The notes beneath the pieces are model-generated. The model was not told the DNA's origin. It saw only the letters and a program-made list of their open reading frames with translations, and made no database searches. The position numbers and the translations under genes were made by a program. From contig CALXYK010000007.1 of the NCBI GenBank assembly GCA_944392955.1, positions 11,003 to 75,002 on the forward strand: DNA of 64,000 nt, given 5' to 3'. This document shows, in pieces, positions 39,722 to 48,625 of this stretch (the first letter of the stretch is position 1; each line of letters starts with the position of its first letter). Source of the DNA: an uncultured Alphaproteobacteria bacterium. GTDB lineage: Bacteria > Pseudomonadota > Alphaproteobacteria > Rs-D84 > CACZYB01.

Positions 39722-40687
39722 TTACACTATATCTGTAATAGCACGAATGTTTCCTTCTCGGCCTATTTGAACAACACGCAAACTTTTTTTCATTTGTTCC
39801 AAAGCCTTTTCTTGGTTAAGGTTAGGAAATGTATGAATTATTCTATCAATAAATGCCTTATATGCAGATTCAGGGGATTCTGCATGTATAGTTGAATAAA
39901 AGTGTTTGTGTCCAGTGTTCATCAACTCCCATATAGTAGCAGCATTTTCCGTAGATATTTCGCCCCCCATTATTGCATCTGGTGTCATTCTTACTACTAA
40001 ATCTATAACATCTTTATAGGAAAATTGGTTTGTTTGTTGAGTTCGTGATAATATTAAATGGACATGATTTTGTTGAGGCACTATTAACTCTCTACTATCT
40101 TCAATAGTTATTACCCTTAAATTAGGAGATAAAAGTTTTAATATATTATTTAAAAAAGTTGTTTTTCCAGTAGCGGTCGCACCACTTATAAGTATATGAT
40201 CGCCATTTGCAATATATTGCATAAGCCTTTCATATGGATCTTCTGATAATTCAATATTTTGAGATTTTAATTTTGTTAATTCCTCTCCTTTTACAAGTCC
40301 ATAATCAGAAAAGTTAAAATCTACTACCTCTTTTTTAGTCCTAATTGCAATAGCAATACCACCTTCTATATCATCATTATTATACAGGACATTTTTACCC
40401 ATAATTCCGGTAAATCTTTCATCACCAGGCAAGGTTGCATATACAACAGGAGTTCCTTCCACGGGGTCAAAAGGTACCTCATAAGAATTTGCAATAATAT
40501 ACATTACATCAGTTAAGTATTGTTTTGATAAGTTTTCATCTTTTTCCATTACCCAAGGGATTTCTCTCCTCCCGCGAAGCCTAAGCCATATTTCACCAGC
40601 CCTGTCCACGGCCACTTCTTCAATATTTGATTGCAAATACCAATTAGATAGATATTTCAAAGTAGAAAGTAAAACTTCATTAGCCAT
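39722..40687 (-). CDS. virB11: type IV secretion ATPase VirB11 (start at MANEVLL; the 64-codon upstream extension in the ORF track is spurious)
   Basis: Walker A GATATGKTT. VirB11/TrbB-family motifs. Confidence 0.85.
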   Translation of the reverse strand: MANEVLLSTLKYLSNWYLQSNIEEVAVDRAGEIWLRLRGRREIPWVMEKDENLSKQYLTDVMYIIANSYEVPFDPVEGTPVVYATLPGDERFTGIMGKNVLYNNDDIEGGIAIAIRTKKEVVDFNFSDYGLVKGEELTKLKSQNIELSEDPYERLMQYIANGDHILISGATATGKTTFLNNILKLLSPNLRVITIEDSRELIVPQQNHVHLILSRTQQTNQFSYKDVIDLVVRMTPDAIMGGEISTENAATIWELMNTGHKHFYSTIHAESPESAYKAFIDRIIHTFPNLNQEKALEQMKKSLRVVQIGREGNIRAITDIV

Positions 40688-40821
40688 AATTCCCTCACAT
40701 AATAATTTATACAACAAATTTAAGTAATAAACAATAAAAAACATACAAAATCTTTTTTTATACTTTAATAAATAAGATTTTTTTGATATAATACAAAGAA
40801 GTATAAAAGGGGTAAAAATAA

Positions 40822-41718
40822 ATGATAGTTCGTAAAAAAACTTTAACCGAAGAAGAAGTAAAAGAAATAAACGATACATTAGATATAATAGACATATCTA
40901 TTTATGATCTTCTTGTAAAAAGGAAGGAGTTAAGAAAAGCATTAGATACAAATAACAAAAAAAGCCTTTACGATTTATCAACTGAAATTTCAAACTCTAT
41001 TCAAAAAATAACATCTCAACGTAAATATGATAAGGATATTTTAAAATTTACGGCAGGCATTTTAAATAATAGTAATTTATATGGTAGAAATTTTGATATA
41101 GGTATTCAAATTAAAAAAGAGGCAGTATCGTATTTCAATAAAGTTTATTCAAACATAAGGAATTTTTTAAATTTTTTTCCTTCATTAAATTATAAGGCTT
41201 TTTCAAAACACACTGATATTATAGATGGAATAAAAACAAACCCTAATATGTTAGCATCTATTCCATCAACTAAAACAAACCCAAAGGATGTATGGTGGAT
41301 TTCTCTATTATCCCCAGAACAAAAAAACATAAAAATAATAAACAAATTTCCGTTAATAGAAGACGATACAAAAGACGAAGATTATCTGATAGGTAAAACT
41401 TCTACTTATTATGGATTTGATAGAAGTATAATAGTAGTTGCTACTTCGGAAACTATTACTAATAATTGGTTAAAAACCGCATTACACAAGGCTAATATTC
41501 CACTATATAAAATAATAGATTCAACTGCGATTTTTAATGGAACTGTTTTACATTTAATAGAAATTTCTAAAAAAATTTTATCAGATCAGGATTTTGTATT
41601 CAAACTAAACGAGACAATAAATGGAATAAATATAAGGTTTGCAGGTTATTTGGGCGGTTATTTTCTTCCATTGTTGGATAAGGATAAGATTGTTAAATTT
41701 CAACAAAATTTTAATTAA
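40822..41718 (+). CDS. hypothetical protein with a chorismate-mutase-like N-terminal helix motif
   Basis: EEVKEINDTLDIIDISIYDLLVKRKELRKAL resembles the AroQ LR..ID.ID..L..LL..R signature. The remaining 200 aa is unassigned. Confidence 0.35.
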   Translation: MIVRKKTLTEEEVKEINDTLDIIDISIYDLLVKRKELRKALDTNNKKSLYDLSTEISNSIQKITSQRKYDKDILKFTAGILNNSNLYGRNFDIGIQIKKEAVSYFNKVYSNIRNFLNFFPSLNYKAFSKHTDIIDGIKTNPNMLASIPSTKTNPKDVWWISLLSPEQKNIKIINKFPLIEDDTKDEDYLIGKTSTYYGFDRSIIVVATSETITNNWLKTALHKANIPLYKIIDSTAIFNGTVLHLIEISKKILSDQDFVFKLNETINGINIRFAGYLGGYFLPLLDKDKIVKFQQNFN

Positions 41719-41757
41719 AATACTTTATTTTCTAAAAAAATATAGTATAAGGTATAT

Positions 41758-42870
41758 ATGCAGATAAAAAAATATAATATTCTTTATAGATTTTTAGCAG
41801 TCCATTTCTTGAAATCATTTGGAATGGTGTTTTTTTGCATATCTGGAATAATTGCATTATTTTCAATAATAAATAACTCAAAATCTTTTGCGAATAAATC
41901 AGTAAACATTCCATTTACAGTTACATCACAATTTGCACTTTTAGATGTTTTTTATACATTAAATACAACACTTCCACTATCTGTATTATTGGCTAGTATT
42001 TTAACATTTTGGAGATTATCACGATCATCTGAATTAACAGTTATCCGTTCAATAGGATTATCCGTTTGGCAGTTCATAAGCCCTATATTACTAGTTTGTA
42101 TTTCAATAGGTGTGTTAAATATGATGGTGCTAAGTCCAATAAATTCTGCCCTTCAAAAAAGGATATCTAGACTAAGTTATAAATACGAAGTTAGCCATTC
42201 TAACCCACTTCTTTTTTCACAACGGGGATTATGGTTAAAGGAAAAATCCGATTTCATTCAATCCTTTATAAACATAGAATATGTAAAAAAAACAGGGAAG
42301 AGTTTAAGCGGTAAAAATGTTATAATATTCATAACTGATTTAAAAAATAATTTTATAAAAAGGATAGAGGCGGAAACCGCAACACTAAACGATAAAAGTT
42401 TTTCCCTTGAAAATGTAAAGATGATAGACCCAAGGTTATTCACAGAAACATACGAACATTACGAATATCCAACAAGTTTGACCGTTGATAAGATAGAGGA
42501 AAATTCCTCAGCCCCAGAAACTTTTTCTTTCTGGGAATTACCAGGATTTATAGACTTTTTTGAAAAGGCAGGTTTTTCGGCAAGAAAACATAAATCTTAC
42601 TTTTATACGTTATTGTTTATGCCATTAACATTATGTGCTATGCTTTTGGTTGGCGCAATATTTTCTATTTCTCCGAAAAGGAATCAAAGCAACCTTATCC
42701 TTAAATTATCTGGTGGAGTGTTGTTAGGATTCGGTATATTCTTCTTTGAACAAGTTATAAAGGCAATGGGGGCATCAGGAAGGATATCTTTATTCACCTC
42801 TTCGGTAAGTGTTCCAATAATTGCAATTTTAATTTGTGTCACCGTATTACTTTATCACGAGGACGGCTAA
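41758..42870 (+). CDS. LptF/LptG-family LPS export permease (YjgP/YjgQ)
   Basis: N-terminal ILYRFLAVHFLKSF...FFCISGIIALF. Six TM segments with a periplasmic insert. 370 aa. Confidence 0.7.
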   Translation: MQIKKYNILYRFLAVHFLKSFGMVFFCISGIIALFSIINNSKSFANKSVNIPFTVTSQFALLDVFYTLNTTLPLSVLLASILTFWRLSRSSELTVIRSIGLSVWQFISPILLVCISIGVLNMMVLSPINSALQKRISRLSYKYEVSHSNPLLFSQRGLWLKEKSDFIQSFINIEYVKKTGKSLSGKNVIIFITDLKNNFIKRIEAETATLNDKSFSLENVKMIDPRLFTETYEHYEYPTSLTVDKIEENSSAPETFSFWELPGFIDFFEKAGFSARKHKSYFYTLLFMPLTLCAMLLVGAIFSISPKRNQSNLILKLSGGVLLGFGIFFFEQVIKAMGASGRISLFTSSVSVPIIAILICVTVLLYHEDG

Positions 42871-42871
42871 A

Positions 42872-43699
42872 ATGTTTAAAGAGGGGATTTTTTCATTTTT
42901 AGTTTTGTTATTTTTTTTCCTTACTCCTAATTTAGTAAGAGGTGCTGATTTACGTATTATCAATTATACTATTATGCCATCTATTGGTAAATTAAGTGGT
43001 TATTTAGAAGGTAATACTTCTTATAAAAAAAATTATATTGGTGGATTTCACAATCTTGCAAAAATACTTTTTCCAGCCGAAGATATTTCTCTGAATTACA
43101 TTCCTTATAATAGTTATGATAAGGCTTTACAACAAACAATGATATATAATAATTCTGACAACAATCCTGAAATTATTTTAGGAGCCCTTTTTGACGAAGA
43201 TAAACTGGAATACCTAGAATACATTCCAATACCCATATATACAGATTATAAGGTAGTAGTTTTAAAAAAAGAGAATTTACCATCAAACATAGGTGAATTT
43301 AAAAAAAATTTACAGGCTTTAATAGACAACCTTTCACAAAATAAGAAAGGTGTTATAATAAAATCTCAAAATTTCAAAGAAATAGAAGGTAAAATCTATG
43401 ATACGTCAAATACTATTGATGAAGCCATGGAAAAGGTTTTTTTAGAAAACAGATATCTTATCACGACTTGGTCTTCTATTTCTGATTATATAGAAAGGAA
43501 TAAAAAAGTTGGTAAACTTAATACACTAAGTATATTACAATATCCTAAAAATTCCGTTTATTATTTTATAGCATTAAATAAAAATTCAAAACTTCTTTCT
43601 ACCAAAACAACGGATGGAAAATTGTTTATAGATGATATTACTGATAAATTAAATTTAATAATCCAAAGTTCAGAAATAAATAAAATACTAGAAAATTAA
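42872..43699 (+). CDS. secreted hypothetical protein
   Basis: Start MFKEGIFSFLVLLFFFLTPNLVRGA, 2 nt after the permease stop. Signal peptide. Confidence 0.4.
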   Translation: MFKEGIFSFLVLLFFFLTPNLVRGADLRIINYTIMPSIGKLSGYLEGNTSYKKNYIGGFHNLAKILFPAEDISLNYIPYNSYDKALQQTMIYNNSDNNPEIILGALFDEDKLEYLEYIPIPIYTDYKVVVLKKENLPSNIGEFKKNLQALIDNLSQNKKGVIIKSQNFKEIEGKIYDTSNTIDEAMEKVFLENRYLITTWSSISDYIERNKKVGKLNTLSILQYPKNSVYYFIALNKNSKLLSTKTTDGKLFIDDITDKLNLIIQSSEINKILEN

Positions 43700-43755
43700 A
43701 ACTCTCTTGCATAAAAAAAAAATATATTATAACATATCCAATATGGAGAGAGAGT

Positions 43756-44556
43756 TTGAAAATAAATAAATTATTACCATTGTTATTAAGTTTCTGTTTT
43801 TTTTCTGTTCAACCCACATTTGCACAGGAATTTATGGATATGGAAAATACAGAAGAAAATTTAGAATTTATTGACGATTCTGGTAATATAGAGGAATACG
43901 AAGATTATATAGAAGAAGGGCAAGAGGAGTATATAGTTTCTGACTTAAATAACAGGGTAAAATATTTTGATATAGCAGGTGTTATGTTAGGTCAAGATTT
44001 AGAAAAGGTCAAAGAGGCCTTAAAGGATAGAAAATACAAACAAACAGATATAGAATATACAATTCCAGAGTATTTTAGGTATAACTATGATGCTATATGT
44101 AGAGAAAAAGATATAGTTATCCCAGAAAACCTTGATGCATGTATAAAAGGTTTGGCTAAAAAGGATAAGATGGAATACATTTCCAGAGTTGACTTTACAA
44201 AACATGATACAGAGGAAAATATCAGTGTTTATTTTACCAGCCCTATAACAGATAACAAAGTTTGGAAGGTTGTTTATACTAACAAAGTTAATGAAAAATA
44301 CGGACCTGCAAAAAATTTCCAATATCAAAGGGAAGAGCGGAGAAGGGCATTTTGGTATTATGTTTTATCTAAATACGGACAACCAAATGTTGAACCTAAC
44401 CGCTGGGTTTATGATATAAACGACAATCTAAGTGAAGGGCTGACTGCTAATTTCGGAAGTTTGGAATTATCTAATCCTAAGCAAAATGCCTTTGATATCA
44501 GTGAATCTGTAACACAGGCACGCCGTGATTTCAAATATACAGATTATTCATTTTAA
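43756..44556 (+). CDS. secreted hypothetical protein (acidic N-terminal region)
   Basis: Signal peptide MKINKLLPLLLSFCFFSVQPTFAQE. Confidence 0.4.
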   Translation: MKINKLLPLLLSFCFFSVQPTFAQEFMDMENTEENLEFIDDSGNIEEYEDYIEEGQEEYIVSDLNNRVKYFDIAGVMLGQDLEKVKEALKDRKYKQTDIEYTIPEYFRYNYDAICREKDIVIPENLDACIKGLAKKDKMEYISRVDFTKHDTEENISVYFTSPITDNKVWKVVYTNKVNEKYGPAKNFQYQREERRRAFWYYVLSKYGQPNVEPNRWVYDINDNLSEGLTANFGSLELSNPKQNAFDISESVTQARRDFKYTDYSF

Positions 44557-44603
44557 TTAAATGAATTTATACGGGAAATCATATAGTTAAGTTTAAAAAC
44601 ATC

Positions 44604-44632
44604 TTGACTCTTGTTCATTGTTGATATAAAAT
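44604..44632 (+). promoter_or_regulatory. putative sigma70-type promoter for the rpsB-tsf operon (TTGACT-N17-TAAAAT)
   Basis: Shares ATCTTGACTCTT with the rpoH upstream region. About 140 nt upstream of rpsB. Confidence 0.4.
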
Positions 44633-44770
44633 CCGAACATCTTTATTTACTTAAAGATAAATACACATATCAGTATTGGTTATCTTTTGACTTTCAATTG
44701 AGCCTTTTAGTCCGATAAATGTCGGTAAACTGATAGAGGAAATAACTAATAAAAAAGAAAGGATAAAAAA

Positions 44771-45529
44771 ATGACATTTCCAAAATTTACAATGAAAGAA
44801 CTTATAGAAGCAGGTTGCCACTTTGGTCACCACACAAGAAGATGGAATCCAAAAATGGCACCATACATCTTTGGTGTAAAAGATAAAATTCATATAATAG
44901 ATTTACAAAAAACAGTTCCTATGTTGCATGCTGCTCTTATGGCATTAAGAAATACTGCATCACAGGGTGGAAAAATCTTGTTTGTAGGTACAAAACGTCA
45001 AGCACAAGATATAATCAAAGAAGCAGCAGAAGTTTGCGGACAATCATACATAAACACCCGCTGGTTAGGTGGAATGCTTACAAACTGGAAAACAGTTGTT
45101 AATTCAATAAAAAAACTTAAAAAGTTAGAAGCAGATATTGCAAATGCAGATAAACTAGGCCTTACAAAAAAAGAAATTGCAAAAATGGAATTAGATTACA
45201 AAAAACTTAATTCTGTTTTAGGTGGAGTTCTTGATATGAACGGCGCTCCTGATATGATATTTATCATAGATGCAAGTAAGGAAGATTTAGCAATAACCGA
45301 GGCAAACAAACTTGGTATTCCAGTAGTTGCAGTTTGTGATACTAATGCTGATCCATCAAATGTTGATTATGTGATCCCAGGAAACGATGATGCGATAAAG
45401 GCTATAAAACTTTATACAGATTTAGCAGTAAAAGCAATACTAGATGGATTAGAAGAACAACTTAAAAAATCAGGTGCAGATCTTGGATCCGCATTAAATC
45501 CAAAAGTAGAAACAAAAAAGGGAGAATAA
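44771..45529 (+). CDS. rpsB: 30S ribosomal protein S2
   Basis: LIEAGCHFGHHTRRWNPKM conserved N-terminus. Confidence 0.95.
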   Translation: MTFPKFTMKELIEAGCHFGHHTRRWNPKMAPYIFGVKDKIHIIDLQKTVPMLHAALMALRNTASQGGKILFVGTKRQAQDIIKEAAEVCGQSYINTRWLGGMLTNWKTVVNSIKKLKKLEADIANADKLGLTKKEIAKMELDYKKLNSVLGGVLDMNGAPDMIFIIDASKEDLAITEANKLGIPVVAVCDTNADPSNVDYVIPGNDDAIKAIKLYTDLAVKAILDGLEEQLKKSGADLGSALNPKVETKKGE

Positions 45530-45531
45530 TA

Positions 45532-46407
45532 ATGGCAGAAATAACAGCAAGTTTAGTAAAAGAACTAAGGGAAAGAACTGGTGCCGGTATGATGGATTGT
45601 AAAAAGGCACTAACCGAAGCAGATGGTAACATAGAAAATGCTATTGATATTTTAAGGAAAAAGGGTCTTTCAAAAGCAGCAAAAAAAGGTGATAGAGAAG
45701 CATCTGCCGGTGTTGTTGCTGTAAAAGTAGAAGGTAACAAAGGAATAGTTGTAGAAGTAAATTCAGAAACCGACTTTGTTGCAAGAAATGAAAAATTCCA
45801 AACATTTGTAGGTAAGGTTGCGGATGTTGCATTTGCTGCAAATGGAAACCTAGAAAAAATTATGGAATCAGAAATTGATGGTGTTCCAGCAAAAGATGAA
45901 CTTGCAAATCAAATAGCAACAATTGGTGAAAACTTAAATATCCGTAGAAGTGATATTGTAGAAGTTTCCAATGGTGCAGTTATTTCCTATGTTCATAACA
46001 AAGTAGCAGATAACGAAGGTTTAATTGCAGTTCTTGTTGGAATAGAATCCAGTGCTGATGTTTCAAAAATAAAAGAAGTTGGCGAAACAATAGCAATGCA
46101 CATAGCAGCATCATCTCCACTATTTCTAAATATTGCAGATGTTGATCCTGCTGCTTTGGAAAGGGAAAAATCAATATTCCGTGAAACAGCATTGCAATCT
46201 GGAAAACCTGCTGAAATAGTAGAAAAAATGATTAACGGCAGAATCAATAAATACTACGAAGAAGTGGTTCTTAACGAACAGGCATTTTTCATGGAACCTT
46301 CAAAGAAAGTAAAGGATATAGTTGCTTCTATCGGCGGTGATGCAAAAATTACTAAATATGTAAGATTTGCAGTAGGAGAAGGTGTAGAACACAAAGAAGA
46401 AGCCTAA
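45532..46407 (+). CDS. tsf: elongation factor Ts
   Basis: ITASLVKELRERTGAGMMDCKKAL UBA-like N-terminus. Confidence 0.95.
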   Translation: MAEITASLVKELRERTGAGMMDCKKALTEADGNIENAIDILRKKGLSKAAKKGDREASAGVVAVKVEGNKGIVVEVNSETDFVARNEKFQTFVGKVADVAFAANGNLEKIMESEIDGVPAKDELANQIATIGENLNIRRSDIVEVSNGAVISYVHNKVADNEGLIAVLVGIESSADVSKIKEVGETIAMHIAASSPLFLNIADVDPAALEREKSIFRETALQSGKPAEIVEKMINGRINKYYEEVVLNEQAFFMEPSKKVKDIVASIGGDAKITKYVRFAVGEGVEHKEEA

Positions 46408-46426
46408 ATCAATATTTAATTTACAA

Positions 46427-46457
46427 TAAAAACCCTCATTCAACTGAGGGTTTTTTA
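46427..46457 (+). terminator. rho-independent terminator of rpsB-tsf
   Basis: Stem CCCTCA/TGAGGG with loop TTCAAC, followed by TTTTTT. Confidence 0.75.
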
Positions 46458-46869
46458 ATGATTTATATGAAAAGGGGTGGGGCGTCCGTATGCGTTATCA
46501 GACACCCCATAAAAAATCAAAAAATATATCAAATAAAGGTCGGGAGAGTTGAAAGATCATAAACAAGCAATGATTCCATAGGTTTCGAAGTAGAAATACT
46601 CCTGTTTTATAACTATGGCTCCCCAACCACAAAGTTGAGGAATATAACTAGGCTATTAAATATATTTATAAAATATATAAAATAGCAATTACGATGTTAT
46701 CCTACATCGCTTGTTTCAAAAGGCCTTTCACAACCCCGTATCAAATGATACTAATACAGGTTTTTCCTGCATCTAAGGACAATATAAAAGAAAAATAAAA
46801 CAATGTAAAGTATTTTTTATCTTTTTCTTGAAAAATAATATAATATATAGTAAAAGTTGAATCTAAGAT

Positions 46870-46946
46870 GGGTGTATAGCTCAGTTGGCTAGAGCGTTAC
46901 GTTGACATCGTAGAGGTCGGTGGTTCGAGCCCACTTACACCCACCA
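46870..46946 (+). tRNA. tRNA-Val (anticodon GAC)
   Basis: GGGTGTATAGCTCAGTTGGCTAGAGC...anticodon loop TTGACAT...GGTTCGAGCC...TACACCC-A-CCA. CCA is encoded. Confidence 0.88.
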
Positions 46947-46974
46947 TATATAGAATTTATAAGAAGGATTTAAT

Positions 46975-47277
46975 ATGAATCGACAAGGACAAGATAAAAT
47001 TATCTATAACACTGATTTCTTAAACACAAACCTAAGGGTTTCAAGATTATATATCAACGGACAATTAGTAAATATCTTTTTAAATAGGGATTATATAATC
47101 AATGGTAAAACAAAAAAATTTGAAATCTGTTTCACTAGCGATTCAAACGAAAAATTACAAACAGAAGAACACTTTGTAAATGGGAAACTGGTTACTCAGT
47201 TTAATTGTGATACCAGCATAACTCCTACAATGAAACAAGTTAATAGCTATATTTTATCTAATTCAAAAACAAAATAG
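46975..47277 (+). CDS. hypothetical protein
   Basis: 100-aa ORF with no recognisable motif. Confidence 0.3.
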   Translation: MNRQGQDKIIYNTDFLNTNLRVSRLYINGQLVNIFLNRDYIINGKTKKFEICFTSDSNEKLQTEEHFVNGKLVTQFNCDTSITPTMKQVNSYILSNSKTK

Positions 47278-47285
47278 GCTGGTTT

Positions 47286-47759
47286 TTATATATATTTTCT
47301 ATTATGAGCATGACATATCGCCATAGCAAGAGCATCTCCTGCATGTTCAGAGTCTATTTTAGGTTTATTAAGTAAAACACCCACCATCATTTGTATTTGC
47401 TCTTTTGTTGCATGCCCCACCCCCACAACAGATTTTTTTATAAGGTTAGGTTCATACTCAAAAACTGGTATTTTTAATAAAGAGGGGGTTAAAATAGCAA
47501 TACCGCGAGCTTGTCCTAATTTTAAAGTAGATTCGGGATTTATGTTTACGAACACCTTTTCCACAGCAACTTCATCAGGTTTATATATATTAAGGACTTC
47601 TATCAGTTTATTGTGTATTTCAACAAGTCTTTCTGGCAAAGTCTGTTTTTCATTTATTTTCAGTGTTCCATTTGCGATATGGTTAAATTGGTTATCAACA
47701 AATTCTATCACACCCCAACCATTAAACCTTAAACCAGGATCTATGCCCATAATTATCAT
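47286..47759 (-). CDS. ruvC: crossover junction endodeoxyribonuclease RuvC
   Basis: IIMGIDPGLRFNGWGV catalytic N-terminus. 157 aa. Confidence 0.9.
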   Translation of the reverse strand: MIIMGIDPGLRFNGWGVIEFVDNQFNHIANGTLKINEKQTLPERLVEIHNKLIEVLNIYKPDEVAVEKVFVNINPESTLKLGQARGIAILTPSLLKIPVFEYEPNLIKKSVVGVGHATKEQIQMMVGVLLNKPKIDSEHAGDALAMAICHAHNRKYI

Positions 47760-47761
47760 AT

Positions 47762-48625
47762 TTATTCCACTATTTCATAATTATCAGGATTTGACATAAC
47801 CTTTCTAATCAATTGATTATTATGATAATGCCCACCCTTAAAGTTTTTATAAAGTCCAATAATAGAATGCCCCAGGACGTACAAATCGCCAACTGCATCA
47901 AGAATTTTGTGAAAAACAAATTCGTTTTCCATTCTTAATCCTTCGGGATTTAAGATATTATTTTCATCAACTGCAATACCGCTATTAAGTGTTGCACCTA
48001 AACACAAACCTTTTGAATGTAAGTATTCAACATCGGACATTCTTGCAAAAGTTCTCGCCTTACAAATAATATTTTTATAATTCTCAGTATTCAAATCAAT
48101 TACTTCGTGTTCTATTCCAATAGGTTTTATACTTTTATAATCAATCATTACATCAAGGGTAAGGATATTTTTTATATTTGGTTCTATTGAAACTTTTCCA
48201 TTTTCATCACTAAATTCAACTTTTTTTAAAATTTTAATAAATTTTTTAGGAGCATTTTGTTCTAAAAAGCCGGCTTTTTCTTCGATTTCTTTTAATAAAG
48301 GTTCCGAAGACCCGTCTTGTATAGGGATTTCTTCATCATCTGTTTTGATAATTAAATTATCTATTCCCAAGCCATGTATAGATGATATTAAATGTTCAAT
48401 AGTTTTTACATTTACTCCATCTTTTTCCCCTATACAAGTATATCCGGTTTCACCAAAAACATTATCAAGGTTCAGTTTGTATTTTTTCCCTTTAATTTCA
48501 AATATTATTCCTGTATCAACATCAGCAGGACAAAGTTCAATAGAGTTTAAGGTTCCCTTATGCTGACCTATCCCAGAAAAAGAAATTTTATTTTTTATAG
48601 TTTTTTGATTTTGCATTTTTGGCAC
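47762..48625 (-). CDS. lpxC: UDP-3-O-acyl-N-acetylglucosamine deacetylase LpxC
   Basis: GIGQHKG...ELCPAD N-terminal motifs. HxxEH-type zinc-ligand region. Confidence 0.85.
   Translation of the reverse strand: MPKMQNQKTIKNKISFSGIGQHKGTLNSIELCPADVDTGIIFEIKGKKYKLNLDNVFGETGYTCIGEKDGVNVKTIEHLISSIHGLGIDNLIIKTDDEEIPIQDGSSEPLLKEIEEKAGFLEQNAPKKFIKILKKVEFSDENGKVSIEPNIKNILTLDVMIDYKSIKPIGIEHEVIDLNTENYKNIICKARTFARMSDVEYLHSKGLCLGATLNSGIAVDENNILNPEGLRMENEFVFHKILDAVGDLYVLGHSIIGLYKNFKGGHYHNNQLIRKVMSNPDNYEIVE

Noticed and set aside
40688-40879. The 64-codon N-terminal extension of virB11 in the ORF track.
   Set aside because: It is a Leu/Phe-rich low-complexity translation of AT-rich sequence. A conserved VirB11 N-terminus starts at MANEVLL (ATG at 40687).
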